DNA from: Ostreococcus lucimarinus
Lineage: Eukaryota
Length of the DNA stretch: 64,000 nt
Strand: one strand, 5' to 3'
Assembly (NCBI GenBank): GCA_000092065.1
Contig: CP000587.1
Under the pieces are notes generated by a model, which ran no database searches, had not been told where the DNA came from, and saw only the letters and a program-made list of their open reading frames with translations. A program made the position numbers and the translations under genes. Below are positions 28,669 through 39,468 of this stretch, in pieces (the first letter of the stretch is position 1; the number at the start of each line of letters is the position of its first letter).

Positions 28669-30597
28669 TTACGCGCCGACTGGCTCTTCTCTTGGTTCAA
28701 GATTGATCCAAACACCTTCCGGGAAGCAGATGGTGGTATCGTACATGATGTTTAATTCTTCACCGAGCTTGTCGCGACCGGGTCCAGCTTTGGAAAGCTT
28801 GAACTTTTGAACCGTGCTGGCGAGCATGGTGGTCGCGGCGAGCAAGGCGAAGACGCCGCCGATGCAAGATCGCGGTCCAGCACCGAACGGGGTGTACGTA
28901 AAGTCGCGACCAGCAGTCATGCGGCGGCGCATGCGCTCGCGCGCTTGCTCGAGCTTCGCGGGATCACCTTTGGCGACCGCGGATGCTTGCTTCTCCGCCT
29001 GCGCGTAGAGCGCCTCGTCGGTGAAGCGGTCGGGATCAAACTTTTCAGGATTCTCCCAAACTCTCGGGTTTCGCCCCATGGCGTACGTGGATAATAAAAT
29101 AAAGTCTCCAGCTTCAACCTTGTGTCCGCTGGGCAGCGTGTCCGCGCCTTCGGCGAGGCGCGGGAACAAGTTGATCGGGGCGTATTTGCGAAGCGATTCC
29201 TTCACAACTCGCTGCGTGTAAGGTAATCGGCCATCTTGCACATCCTTAAATGTCGGCGGTCGACCACCGAGCGCCTCTAACTCCTCTTCGATGCCACGCT
29301 GAATGTGTTCGTACCTCGCCACGTGCCAGAGGTTCACGGTAAAGTTGGACGCCGTCGTCCTGTGACCCGCCGCCATGATGTCGTTGATATCCCCCCATAA
29401 ATCGGCATCCGAAAGAGGATTGCCGTCGGCATCCTTCGCCTTGACCAATACATCTAACAAACAATAATCTTCCTCATCACCTGCCGCTAAGCGCTCCTTA
29501 ACCACCGCTCGGCGCTCGCTCATGAGCTTTGTGCCAACAGACTCCAAAATCGCGTACTGCTCCTTGAGCTCTCGCACTCGACCGAGACCCAAAAAGTTCT
29601 GGAGCTTGAGAATCGGCCCGGGGGTGATGAAGAGCTCGCCCATGATCTCGCTACTACCGTTGTACGCGTTCAAGAGCTTGGAAATATTATCATTTTTGCC
29701 CTCTTCGCCTCGAAGCGTTCTGGCTTCGTGCGCCTCGCACTGCTCAAAGTCGTACGCGAACGCAACCTTGCCGATGACATCGAGCGTAACTTGCTGAGAG
29801 TCGACGTCGATGTTGATTTCCATCGGCTTACCCGGGTTCATCGCCGCCGCCGACGTCCACGTGTTGCACATGTACGCGATGCGCTCCTCCACCGTCGACG
29901 AAAACTGGCTCAGCGAAAACGAGTTGATGAACGGCTTTTGGCACATCAATCTATGATCGCGGTTGTACTGCCCATCGCTCCCAGTGATGCCTTTATTTTG
30001 GATCACGTATCGGAAAGCGTCCGGAAGCATTCGTAATCTGTAGTTTTTCGCATTCGTGAAGCACACGTACTCGACGATTTCCGGGTCCAAAATCGACACG
30101 CAAAACGGCCCGATGGCATTCTTGATCCCCACGCACTCGCCTTTCTCCGCCGCCCAATCGAGCATGGCGATCGGCATCCCCACTGGATGTTGCGCTGCCT
30201 TCACCAACGACTTCAAGAATGACTTACTATCGATCATCGCCGGATTCCCATCCGCGTCTGGCCGCGTCGGCGGCGGTCCCGCGAACCCCAGCGCCTCCTT
30301 CGCCGCCGTGTACGGGCACGCGCCTCCCTCTGTTTCGCCCTCGACCGCGTCTTCACCGCCGACCACAACACTCTCACCGCTCGACGTGGCCGTGGCGACC
30401 TCATCGTCCTCCTCCGCGACGAGCTCCGGCGCGCTCGACGCCCCCGAGCGCGTCCTCGCGAGCGATCGCATCCCGTCCCTCGACGCCCCCGTCCCGCGAA
30501 TCGCCGCGCGCGCGCGCGCATTTCGTAGAAAGCGCGCGTCGGCGCGCGCGCGAGCGCTTCGCGGCGCGTGCGCGCGCATCGTCGCTCCGTGAATCAT
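28669..30597 (-). CDS. Cytochrome P450 with an N-terminal organellar presequence (CYP97-like carotenoid hydroxylase candidate).
   Basis: Heme-binding FGAGPRSCIGGVFAL (FxxGxRxCxG) and ESLRKYAP (ExxR). Long Ala/Arg-rich N-terminus. The CYP97 clan assignment is an inference. Confidence 0.85.
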   Translation of the reverse strand: MIHGATMRAHAPRSARARADARFLRNARARAAIRGTGASRDGMRSLARTRSGASSAPELVAEEDDEVATATSSGESVVVGGEDAVEGETEGGACPYTAAKEALGFAGPPPTRPDADGNPAMIDSKSFLKSLVKAAQHPVGMPIAMLDWAAEKGECVGIKNAIGPFCVSILDPEIVEYVCFTNAKNYRLRMLPDAFRYVIQNKGITGSDGQYNRDHRLMCQKPFINSFSLSQFSSTVEERIAYMCNTWTSAAAMNPGKPMEINIDVDSQQVTLDVIGKVAFAYDFEQCEAHEARTLRGEEGKNDNISKLLNAYNGSSEIMGELFITPGPILKLQNFLGLGRVRELKEQYAILESVGTKLMSERRAVVKERLAAGDEEDYCLLDVLVKAKDADGNPLSDADLWGDINDIMAAGHRTTASNFTVNLWHVARYEHIQRGIEEELEALGGRPPTFKDVQDGRLPYTQRVVKESLRKYAPINLFPRLAEGADTLPSGHKVEAGDFILLSTYAMGRNPRVWENPEKFDPDRFTDEALYAQAEKQASAVAKGDPAKLEQARERMRRRMTAGRDFTYTPFGAGPRSCIGGVFALLAATTMLASTVQKFKLSKAGPGRDKLGEELNIMYDTTICFPEGVWINLEPREEPVGA

Positions 30598-30882
30598 CGT
30601 TCAAAGTCGACACGCGCGCGCTGGCAAAGATATGCCTCGTGCGCACGAATGCGACGTTCGCGCGCGCGCGGGTCGCGCGTCGAGGCGTTCGAGCGACGCG
30701 GGCGCGCGAAGGCGCGTTGAGCGAGCGTTTCGCGCGCGCCAACGGGTCGTCGCGCGCGAGACGCGGCGGCTTCTGGCCGCGATACGGCGGCGACAGCGCG
30801 CAACCATATCCACAAAGTTTGGTCTATGCGTAAACAGTGTCAGTATTTAGTGTCGATTTCGTCTATGTAGTGTCCGCCTTCT

Positions 30883-32148
30883 TCACGAACGCGCGCGAAG
30901 CGCGTCGACGCAGAAGGAGACGGGATCGGAAACATCGCTCGGGACCTCGATCGCGAGCGTGTTGACTCGTGCGAGATCGCTGGATGACGCGCGAAACGCG
31001 TCGATGGGGACGACGAACGAGCGCCCGCACTGGGCGTCGATTTCGTAGTCGGACGACGACGACCCCGGATCGAGACGGAATTTTCTGCCGACTTGCGTCT
31101 CGACGGCGGGAGTGAGGACGGTGCCGTTTCGCCATTGCTTTCGCGTGCGGTGACTGAGACCAATGATGAGCGAGACGTCGAAATTGTCCGTGCACGAGAT
31201 GCGAATCCAAACGGAGACGCTCGAGACGTTGGCGAATGGCTTTGCCGATATTTCACAGAGCCAGCAATGAAACGCGACGCGTCCTCGCGGCGAAAATTCG
31301 CCGCAGAGCGCAGACGAAGACTCCATACGCCCGTATCCTTCGCGGTTGATGACAAGCCAGCGATCGCGATACGGCAAAAGTGCCCATCCCGCGCCGAGGC
31401 CACCATCGTAAATCTTCGCTTCGACGCGGGCGCGCGCGCCGAGATCGACGTCTAGACGTCTCGAATCTTCGCCGCACGACACCGGACGAAACTCAATGTT
31501 CATCTTTCCTTGAATGGGGTGCGCAAGCTTTTCGAACGCATAAAACGACAAATCGAAATGAGGTACCGGACCACAGCAGATCTCTTGAGTGCCGTATTCG
31601 TAGTCGCACGGGCAAGTGTCGATGATTTTCACTTTGATGACGAGCGACTCATCCCAGCACCGCACGAACTCGTATTCAGTCGACGTAGCATCATCGCGCT
31701 TCGCCGGGCGCGCTGGAACCTTCCGTCCGTACGAATCGAGAGCGTCGGGATCGACTTCCCAAAAGCCGCGCTCGCGAGAATACTCGATTCGCCCACCGCT
31801 AAAGTCTTTTAGCACGAATCCGGAGACGCATCGTACCTCGAAGCACGACCCACACGCGCCTTCGTGGAGTTTAAGATCGTAATCCGCCACGGCAGCGACG
31901 GCATCGCGCGCGTAAGGTAGGTTCTCGTTGCTTTCTAGTCCCTCTCCTTTGTTGACAAAGCCGCACGCGTTGCCATAGAGGTCGCCAAAAATTTGTTTGG
32001 CGAATGTCTTCTTCCATGCGTCGGGGGCGTCGAAGTACGTCGCGCGAGCGCGAGACCACGATCCAACTGCCGCGTCTACTCGCACGGCGCGCGAAACAAC
32101 GACGATGAAGGTCGTCAAAGCGATCGAGGCGCGCATGATTGTGAGCAC
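30883..32148 (-). CDS. Secreted expansin-like (DPBB/barwin-like domain) protein.
   Basis: A signal peptide, then GNACGF...GACGSCFEVRC...CPCDYE...CCGPVPHFDLSFYAFEKLA matching expansin domain 1 motifs (GACGYGN, GxCGxCFEIxC, HFDLSxxAFxxIA). About 200 aa of unrelated sequence at the C-terminus. Confidence 0.6.
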   Translation of the reverse strand: MLTIMRASIALTTFIVVVSRAVRVDAAVGSWSRARATYFDAPDAWKKTFAKQIFGDLYGNACGFVNKGEGLESNENLPYARDAVAAVADYDLKLHEGACGSCFEVRCVSGFVLKDFSGGRIEYSRERGFWEVDPDALDSYGRKVPARPAKRDDATSTEYEFVRCWDESLVIKVKIIDTCPCDYEYGTQEICCGPVPHFDLSFYAFEKLAHPIQGKMNIEFRPVSCGEDSRRLDVDLGARARVEAKIYDGGLGAGWALLPYRDRWLVINREGYGRMESSSALCGEFSPRGRVAFHCWLCEISAKPFANVSSVSVWIRISCTDNFDVSLIIGLSHRTRKQWRNGTVLTPAVETQVGRKFRLDPGSSSSDYEIDAQCGRSFVVPIDAFRASSSDLARVNTLAIEVPSDVSDPVSFCVDALRARS

Positions 32149-32194
32149 ATGTGCTGTCGTCGGCGTCGGTTACAATTCTCCAATGTCGAGTCGA

Positions 32195-34456
32195 TCACGG
32201 CACGTACGCCGCAGCCGAAGCGACGTCGCCGTGTGTCTCGAAATACTCCACTAATGTCGCTAGAAATCTATCGCTGCTTACTGTGTCGCTATCGATGATG
32301 AGGCAACAGTGCTTCCGTGCCCGCGTCACGGCGACGTTCATGCGCCGACTATCGGAGAGGAATCCCACCTCGCCCGATGCGTTCGAACGCACTGCGCTGA
32401 TAATGATGGCTTCTTTTTCGCGTCCCTGGAATCCATCGACGGTAGACACTTCCAGATTTTTGAGCGCGTCGTCTCTGGCGCGAAGTTCACGAAGCACCGT
32501 GACTTGACCGTTGTACGGCGTGATGACGCCGATGTCGTCCACGGCGACGTCGTGGCGAGCGACGAGACGCCTGACCACTTCCATTACCACCGCCGCTTCG
32601 TCGGGATTTTCTTTGCTTTCGCCATCCTCTTCTACGCGCTCGTCCATATCGCAGCCGGCGGTGTCGATCAAGAGTAAAACGGGAGGGTCGTCCTCGCCGT
32701 CGCCTCGAAGTCGATGCGTCGCGACGGATTCCGCCGCAGTGAGCTTACCTTGGTACATCGCCTCCGAGGACCACGTCATGATATCAGCATGCATGCGATA
32801 CTGCACGGTAAGCATACGAGCAACTAAATCGCCGTACATGTCGTGAAGCCGTTGAAAAAGCGTGTCGCTCAATCCTTTCGCCTGCGCTTCATCCGAGATC
32901 ACCGTAGGCGGAAGCTGCAAATGATCGCCGGCGAGCACAGTCTTCTTACCTTTTAAGACTGCTCCCCAGCACGCGGCTTCGAGCGCCTGGGCGGCTTCGT
33001 CTATGACAACGACATCGAAATCTTGAAATTTCAACGTTCCCGACAGCGCTCCACTGAGCGTTGAGCACACGACGCGCGCGCCGTCGACGACATCCCTCAT
33101 CGCCGCCTTTTGACGATTCCGTTCCTCCTTTGCTAGCACTCTCAGCTCCTTGCGAACTTCGTTCCGTTCGACGCGATCTTTTCTGTCGTTGAGCTTCAAC
33201 AACTTTCTACGCAATATTTTGCTCTCCTTTGCGCAATCTTTAGCGAGCTTGCTGTTATCGCTCGCCAGGAGTTGTGCCTCGAGTGACGCCGCGAGCACGG
33301 ACGGCAGCAATCTTGCCGGGTGACCGACGCGTACCAGGCGCATTTCGCCTCCTTCGGGAAGCTTGATTTTCATCAAGCGTTCGACTAAGTTGTCTATGGC
33401 TATATTTGAGGCCGTGCACGCGAGCACGCGAGAGCCGCGCGCGACTTCCTGTGCCACGTACTCGACCACCGCCGTCGTTTTGCCCGTACCGGGAGGTCCA
33501 TGAATCAGTGCAAAGTCTACGCAGCGCAACGCGTGCTCGATCGCACCACGCTGCGACGCGTCTAAAGCGGTGTTGATCCATTCGACCTCTTTCCCAGTTT
33601 TCGAAACTCGAGGCTTGGAGTCCCCGAACGCGACGCCGACTAGATGCGCCCCCGGCTGTTTCGCGTCGCTCGAACCCCCATATTTCCCTACTCGCTCGAC
33701 CGCGGAAACCAACCTTTTGTGCGTCGCCTCGTTGGATAACCGTTCTAAACGTAACGTGCCGCTGAGCTCGTCCGGCATGTCATCGCACGCGAGCTCGATT
33801 TGCGTATCCCGAATTCTATACACGACGCCGCTCGCCAGCGGTTCGCCCTCCGCCGAAGACTTATTCGGCCTCAAGCAAACCACATCGTGCGGACTCAGCT
33901 TATGCGGCGGCAACGGCAAAGCATCCGAACCATTCGGCCGACTCGCGAGCTCTAAAGTCACGATCGTCTGCCCGAGCAAACCGCCGCGAAGATCCGTCGC
34001 GGTCAATCCCAACAGCGCTCGACCGCGTCTCGCCGCCGCCTCGGGAGATAGCCCTCGCAATATCTCCTGCGCCTGCGCCTCCTCGGCCTCGCGCTCGAGT
34101 TCGAGCAAATCCATCGTTTTCTTCGTCCAGCGCGCCAAACCGTCCCCATCGCTCGCGTCCTCGCCGAAATCGCGCAATTCCTCGAGCGTCGCCGAGACGC
34201 CCAGCCGTCGACGCAGCGCCTCGACCACGTCTTCGTCCCGCACGCAAACCATCTCTCGATAAATCCGCGCGTTCGCGCTCAGGTCCCCGACGACGATTCT
34301 TCGGTCGCTTCCCGCGTCGCCGTGCGAGGCGTGTTCGAGGCCGTGGCGTTCACAGAACGCGTGCAACTGCGCGCGCTGTTTCGCGGAAAGCGCTGGAGAG
34401 AACTCGACGCGCGCCGGTTTACCGCCGCGCGCGGCGTCACCGCGCGCCATGATCAC
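32195..34456 (-). CDS. SF1B DNA/RNA helicase of the SMUBP-2/IGHMBP2 (Upf1-like) family with an N-terminal R3H-like domain.
   Basis: VEFSPALSAKQRAQLHAFCERHGLEHASHGDAGSDRRIVV (R3H-like). Helicase motifs: ALIHGPPGTGKTTAV (I), VVIDEAAQA (II), GDHLQLPP, VQYRMH, and VDGFQGREKEAIIIS...RRMNVAVTRAR (V/VI). Confidence 0.85.
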   Translation of the reverse strand: MIMARGDAARGGKPARVEFSPALSAKQRAQLHAFCERHGLEHASHGDAGSDRRIVVGDLSANARIYREMVCVRDEDVVEALRRRLGVSATLEELRDFGEDASDGDGLARWTKKTMDLLELEREAEEAQAQEILRGLSPEAAARRGRALLGLTATDLRGGLLGQTIVTLELASRPNGSDALPLPPHKLSPHDVVCLRPNKSSAEGEPLASGVVYRIRDTQIELACDDMPDELSGTLRLERLSNEATHKRLVSAVERVGKYGGSSDAKQPGAHLVGVAFGDSKPRVSKTGKEVEWINTALDASQRGAIEHALRCVDFALIHGPPGTGKTTAVVEYVAQEVARGSRVLACTASNIAIDNLVERLMKIKLPEGGEMRLVRVGHPARLLPSVLAASLEAQLLASDNSKLAKDCAKESKILRRKLLKLNDRKDRVERNEVRKELRVLAKEERNRQKAAMRDVVDGARVVCSTLSGALSGTLKFQDFDVVVIDEAAQALEAACWGAVLKGKKTVLAGDHLQLPPTVISDEAQAKGLSDTLFQRLHDMYGDLVARMLTVQYRMHADIMTWSSEAMYQGKLTAAESVATHRLRGDGEDDPPVLLLIDTAGCDMDERVEEDGESKENPDEAAVVMEVVRRLVARHDVAVDDIGVITPYNGQVTVLRELRARDDALKNLEVSTVDGFQGREKEAIIISAVRSNASGEVGFLSDSRRMNVAVTRARKHCCLIIDSDTVSSDRFLATLVEYFETHGDVASAAAYVP

Positions 34457-34659
34457 CGACGCGCGCGGTCGATCGCGCGGTCGATCGCGCGAGGGAGGTC
34501 GGCGGACGCCGCGCGCGCGCGCGGCGCTGTGGCGGTGTGACCGTCTTCGCGTAACCGTCAGCCGAGTGCGTGCGCCGAGGCCGATTTCTTCATCGCGCGC
34601 GCGACGAACGACGCGACGGCGCGTGGCGACGCGCTTTAATTATAGTAATTATTTCACCG

Positions 34660-36324
34660 CTATTTGGAGCTCGCGGCGATGACCCAGGCGAGCTGACGCA
34701 GAGTTCGTCGCGTGACGTCGACGCACGCGCGCTCGTCGCGAGCGAGTTGCTCGAACGAGGCGTCGGCGACGTCGAGGAGCGTCGGCGCGTCTCGAGGCCA
34801 AACGTCTCGAAGAGCATCGTGCGCGCGACGCGCGAGCGCCGTCGTCGCCTCTTTCGTGGCTTCGATAAAAATCTTGACGTCGTCGTCGTACCCGGCGACG
34901 CGTTCGCGCGCGAGCACGGCGGCTGGAACGGGGTCGACGTCGAGCCAATCGCCGCCGCGAATGGAATCGACGACGCGGACGATTTTTTCGAGCGTCGTCG
35001 TCGAGAGTTTTGCTAATCCGTCGCACACGCACTCGTCGCGCAGTTCGTCCAGCGCCTCCTCGAACGCAGCGACGGTGTCGGCAAAGTTGTCGCGGCTCGA
35101 TCCAGACGTGCTCGCGAGCGTCTCGCCAATCTCTTCCGCTCTCGCGTCGACGGCGGCGATGAGCGCGACGAGCACCGACGACTCGACATCGTGTGCGCGC
35201 GCGGCATCGTCGCCGAGCGGTACGGCCACGAGCGTGGCCGGGTCACCGGGCGACGCCGGCGGCGCCGCGTTCGCCGTGGATTGTTCGGCCGTCAACGTCG
35301 CGTCGAGCTCTCGAACGAGCTCTCGAACACGGCGCTGCGCGTCTTCGGACGCGCCGTTCAATAACGCATCCATCGCGCGCTCACACGCGACTTCAACGTG
35401 CGCTTGCGCTGTCGCCGCGCCGAAGTCAGCCAGACGCTCGACCAAAATCGCAGCCGCGCGCTCGTCGTCGTCCTCATCCCCCGCCAGCACGTCCGCCGTC
35501 GCCTTCACCACCGACGTCAGCGCGCTAAAAGCCCCCATACCCACGCTCTGCGTCTTCTTCGTGACGTTCGTCGCGAACGTCTTCGGGTCACTCGCTGCGT
35601 TTTCAATCACTCCCTCAGCGTTTTCCAACGCGCGCTTCGCCTTGTTCGCCGCGCCGCCGAACGCGGCCCAAGCGCCCGATGCGAACGTCTCCGCCAGCCG
35701 CACCGCGTCCGCCGTCTTCGGCGCGTCATCTCGGGCGTCTTCGTTTCCATCCTCCGCGTCGTCATCGTCTTCGCGAACGACGCGCGTTCGCGCGCCATCG
35801 TCGCCGACGACGTGCGACGAAAACGTCTTCAAGTCTCTTCGCAGCGCGCGCGCCGCGTCCGACGCCGCCGCCTCCTTCACCACCGCCTTCGCCTTCGCCA
35901 AGCTCGCGCTCGCCCATCCACCCAAATTCATCGCCAATTTTCCCACGTCTGGCGCGTCCAACGGCGGTAACGGCGGCGGTTTCGCCGTCGACGCCTTTTC
36001 CGTCTCCGTCGTCGTCTCCGTCGTCGTCGTCGTCTCTGTCTCGCCCTCGCTCGCCGCGCGATCCGCGTCGTCCGTCACCGACGACGAACCATCGTCGCGC
36101 GTCGTCTCTTCCGGCGTCACCGCCTTCCCGTCGCGCCCGTCGCGCGCGTCGTCGTCGTCGTCGTCATCGTCATTCTTTCCGTCAAACACATCATCGTCGT
36201 TCTCGTCGTCGTCGTCGCGCGTCTCCGGTGACGCGTCGCGCGCGTCGCCGTCGACGCCTTCGCTCGCCTCGTCGTCGTCGCTCGAATCGAGCCAGGCGTC
36301 GATCTCGTCGTCGTCGTCGGACAT
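34660..36324 (-). CDS. Acidic hypothetical protein (Asp/Glu-rich N-terminus, alpha-helical C-terminus).
   Basis: Start MSDDDDEIDAWLDSSDDDE. The antisense plus-strand ORF 34712..36910 is Ser/Ala low complexity. Confidence 0.4.
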   Translation of the reverse strand: MSDDDDEIDAWLDSSDDDEASEGVDGDARDASPETRDDDDENDDDVFDGKNDDDDDDDDARDGRDGKAVTPEETTRDDGSSSVTDDADRAASEGETETTTTTETTTETEKASTAKPPPLPPLDAPDVGKLAMNLGGWASASLAKAKAVVKEAAASDAARALRRDLKTFSSHVVGDDGARTRVVREDDDDAEDGNEDARDDAPKTADAVRLAETFASGAWAAFGGAANKAKRALENAEGVIENAASDPKTFATNVTKKTQSVGMGAFSALTSVVKATADVLAGDEDDDERAAAILVERLADFGAATAQAHVEVACERAMDALLNGASEDAQRRVRELVRELDATLTAEQSTANAAPPASPGDPATLVAVPLGDDAARAHDVESSVLVALIAAVDARAEEIGETLASTSGSSRDNFADTVAAFEEALDELRDECVCDGLAKLSTTTLEKIVRVVDSIRGGDWLDVDPVPAAVLARERVAGYDDDVKIFIEATKEATTALARRAHDALRDVWPRDAPTLLDVADASFEQLARDERACVDVTRRTLRQLAWVIAASSK

Positions 36325-36354
36325 CACAGCGCGACGCGCTGTGACTCCGAAACG

Positions 36355-37341
36355 ATGTTCGCGCCCGGACCGCGCGGTCGCGCGCGCGCGCGCGGCCGCG
36401 ACGGCGCGTGCGGGGACCCGATGTTTTACTACCTCGCCTGGCGCTCGCTCGAGGCGATCGCGCGGTGCTGGCGGGCGACGCGCGACGCGTTCGGGTTCGA
36501 GCCGGTCGGCGCGGCGGCGACGCTGGGCGTCGTTTTCGTCGAGCGCGTCGCGCGACGCGCGCCGGGCGCGATCGGGGACGCCGCGCGCGTCGTTTCGAGC
36601 GCCGCGATGTGCGCGCGCGGGCGCGGGCGCGGCGGCGCCGCGGAGAGGCTTCGGGACGCGGCGCTCGCGACGTGCTCGCACGAGAGCGACTTCGCGGTGG
36701 CGTGCTTCGCGGGATCGATGTTCGCTAAGATGGCGGAGACGGAGCGGCGAGTGCGGGAAGCGGTCGGGACGCGCGCGAGCGCGCCGGCGACGGTGGCGTT
36801 CGCGCTGGCGCTGGGAATGGCGACGAACGCGGCGGCGGCGGCGAGCGCGCGCGCGCTCGGATACGGCGACGCGTGCTGGCGCGGCGCGGGGGGGCTCGTG
36901 TTCGCGCTGAAGACGTATCGGGCGAGGGTCGATTACGCGAGAGGATATCGCGGACGGGTGAGCTTTTTTGGATTCATCGACGTGCCGGCGGAGACGGCGA
37001 GCGTGGCGGAGATTGTCATTTTGGCGTTGATGGATTCGTCGCCGACGGCGTTGAATCTGTACGGCGCGGGCGCCGCCGTGGGATTCATGGTGGCCTCGTT
37101 TGAGCGAGAAACGATGCGCGGCTTAGCGTGCGCGACGAGAGGCGTGAAAAAATTGCTCGGCGTAGCGCTGGGACCGAGCGTTCGCGTCGGCTCGCGCGTC
37201 GTGTTGGCGCGCATGCGCAACGCGTCGCTCAACGGCAATTGGGGAATCGTCGTCGAGACGCGCGGGGATCAGGTGACGGTGTCTCTGGACGTCGACGGGC
37301 GAAACATCACGGCTTTACGAGATAACCTAATCGTCGTCTAA
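36355..37341 (+). CDS. Hypothetical protein.
   Basis: Normal composition in the C-terminal two thirds (FFGFIDVPAETASVAEIVILALMD...GNWGIVVETRGDQVTVSLDVDGRNITALRDNLIVV). The start is uncertain. Confidence 0.35.
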   Translation: MFAPGPRGRARARGRDGACGDPMFYYLAWRSLEAIARCWRATRDAFGFEPVGAAATLGVVFVERVARRAPGAIGDAARVVSSAAMCARGRGRGGAAERLRDAALATCSHESDFAVACFAGSMFAKMAETERRVREAVGTRASAPATVAFALALGMATNAAAAASARALGYGDACWRGAGGLVFALKTYRARVDYARGYRGRVSFFGFIDVPAETASVAEIVILALMDSSPTALNLYGAGAAVGFMVASFERETMRGLACATRGVKKLLGVALGPSVRVGSRVVLARMRNASLNGNWGIVVETRGDQVTVSLDVDGRNITALRDNLIVV

Positions 37342-37394
37342 ATTCTACGTCTACGCGCTGCTGTAAAACTAAACTGTACCGATTGCCGAACGCT

Positions 37395-38621
37395 TCACCT
37401 TCGCACGACGGCGAAACGATACACCGGTCGCCATTTGCCTTCGCACACGATATCGCGCTCGGTGAACGCCTCGTACGGATTTGCCCGTAGCCATCGTCGA
37501 TTTCGAACCGGCTTTACGTCCGGAAGCGGTTCCCATTCAAATTTGTGCGCGGCGTCGTGCTCCGGGACGTCGTCCAAAGAAGCGGGCACCTCGGATTCGT
37601 CCATATCCCCCACTCGCGCGTACGTCGCTTCGTCGATGATAAAGTCATCGTTCGCGGCAACGACATCGTACATTTCAGACGCCAACGCTTTCACGTCCGA
37701 GCAACAGAAGAGCTCGCCACCGCTCGGAAGGACATTCGCGAGCGCTCGCGCGAATTCGGGCGTCATCACGCGCCGCTCGAAGTGTCGTCCTCGACTCCAA
37801 GGATCGGGGAACTGCACGCACACCGCGCGCACGTTCGGTAAGTTCATACTCTCCAACGATACGTTCACGTTGGCTGAAACGAAGTGCACGGGCAGACGTA
37901 ATCGCGCCTCATTCGCCCGCACCCACGCGTTCGCCTGCCGCACCAGCGGCGGGTAAATTTCAACCCCTAATAAATTAAACTCCACGCCCTGCTTCGCTCG
38001 CGTGAACGCTTCCGCGCGTTCGGTTGATAAAGCCTTAATGAAACCGCCCTTAGCGGTGCCGACGTCTACTAACAGCGGCCGTCCGCGCGCGTCTCCGAAC
38101 GCGCTCGACCAATACGCTTCGTCGAGCGTCAACGGCGCCTGAAACGGCGCCGACATCGGATTGGTCATCTTCTTCATTCGTCGATTCAGATTCTTCTTCT
38201 TTCCATCGTGCGTCGTCGCCGCCTCCGTCGTCGTCGTCGTCGCGACGTTCAACATTTCGTTCGCGTCTCGACACAACGTCTCGTCCGCATCACCCTCTTC
38301 GAACGCGCGGTGCCGCGAGCACATCGTCCCGCCGTCCCTCGCCTTTGCCGCGCAAAACCGTCGTTTTCGCGGCACGTACCGCGCGCAGCGCCCCTCACCG
38401 GGTTCACCGGCGAGCGCGCGTTCGAGGCGCTTCAATTCTTCGTACTCGGCGAGCCACGCGGGGTCGGCGACGATGGCGTCGAGCGACGCGCGCGCGCCGG
38501 GTCGGTCGACCTCGTAGTCGTCGTCCCGGCGGCGGAGCGTCTCGCGCAGGACGCGCGCGCGCGCGACGACGGCGGACGACGACGGGTCGTCATCGCCGAC
38601 GTCACCGACGCGGGAGGACAT
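37395..38621 (-). CDS. TRMB: tRNA (guanine-N7)-methyltransferase (TrmB/METTL1 family).
   Basis: LLVDVGTAKGGF...VQFPDPWSRGRHFERRV...GGELFCCSD; the FPDPW(x)K(x)RHxKRR motif is diagnostic. A Cys-rich N-terminal extension is present. Confidence 0.8.
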   Translation of the reverse strand: MSSRVGDVGDDDPSSSAVVARARVLRETLRRRDDDYEVDRPGARASLDAIVADPAWLAEYEELKRLERALAGEPGEGRCARYVPRKRRFCAAKARDGGTMCSRHRAFEEGDADETLCRDANEMLNVATTTTTEAATTHDGKKKNLNRRMKKMTNPMSAPFQAPLTLDEAYWSSAFGDARGRPLLVDVGTAKGGFIKALSTERAEAFTRAKQGVEFNLLGVEIYPPLVRQANAWVRANEARLRLPVHFVSANVNVSLESMNLPNVRAVCVQFPDPWSRGRHFERRVMTPEFARALANVLPSGGELFCCSDVKALASEMYDVVAANDDFIIDEATYARVGDMDESEVPASLDDVPEHDAAHKFEWEPLPDVKPVRNRRWLRANPYEAFTERDIVCEGKWRPVYRFAVVRR

Positions 38622-38802
38622 CGCGCGCGCGGTCGCGCGGTCGCGCGTCGCGGCGATGTGTCGTAAAGCGCTGTCGTAAAGCGTAAAGCGACGCGGCGCG
38701 GCGGCGCGTCTTACAAAAGTGAAAAATGCGTCATCGCGTCGCGCGCGTCGCGCGACGGTCGAGTCGGTCGACGTCGATCGATAAAGGTTTGATTCCGTCG
38801 GT

Positions 38803-39468
38803 TCACGCCGATTTGGCGGCGTACCACGCGGCGACTTCCGGAATGGCGTGAAACTTTTCGTAGTACGCGACGACGTCGGCGAAGGCGTCGAGACACTCTT
38901 TGGGCACGTGATCGATCCCGCCGCTGCGAAATCTGCGCAACAGCGGCACCAACGCGCAATCCGCGATCGTCACCCGGTCGCCGCAAAGAAACTTGCCGCC
39001 CGCGACGCGCTTGGAGATGAAGCCGCAGTATCGCGGAAGCTCTTCGCGGATCCAGCGCTCTCGCATCGCCTTCGTCGTCGCCGCGTGCGCGTCCGACCCT
39101 TTCTCGAGATTATACTTCTCGGGCGCCATGCCGACCGCCAAGTTCGGGTACCACGACTCGCGCATGTCCTCCACCAGCGACACCGCCTCGTCGATTTCGC
39201 TCGCGCGTTGTTCGTCGTACAATCCGGCTAACCGTCCGCAGTATCTCAAAATCGCATCCGATTGCGCCATCGCTTCGTCGTCGACGTACATCACGGGCAG
39301 TTGTCCGTACGGCGTCGTCGGTTTCACGCTCGGCCAGTCCTCGAACGCGACGCGGTCGTCTCGGAAGGGAATCTTCGCGATCGACAGCGTCAATCGAATC
39401 TTCTCCGCGGGGCCTTCGATGTTAAAGTATTGCAAGCGCAGCGCGGGCGCGGCGGCGGCGGCGGACAT
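38803..39468 (-). CDS. GST: Glutathione S-transferase (sigma/PGDS-like).
   Basis: LRLQYFNIEGPAEKIRLTLSIAKIPFRDDRV...YGQLPVMYVDD N-terminal thioredoxin-like domain and a helical C-terminal domain. Start placed at MSAAAAAPAL. Confidence 0.8.
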   Translation of the reverse strand: MSAAAAAPALRLQYFNIEGPAEKIRLTLSIAKIPFRDDRVAFEDWPSVKPTTPYGQLPVMYVDDEAMAQSDAILRYCGRLAGLYDEQRASEIDEAVSLVEDMRESWYPNLAVGMAPEKYNLEKGSDAHAATTKAMRERWIREELPRYCGFISKRVAGGKFLCGDRVTIADCALVPLLRRFRSGGIDHVPKECLDAFADVVAYYEKFHAIPEVAAWYAAKSA

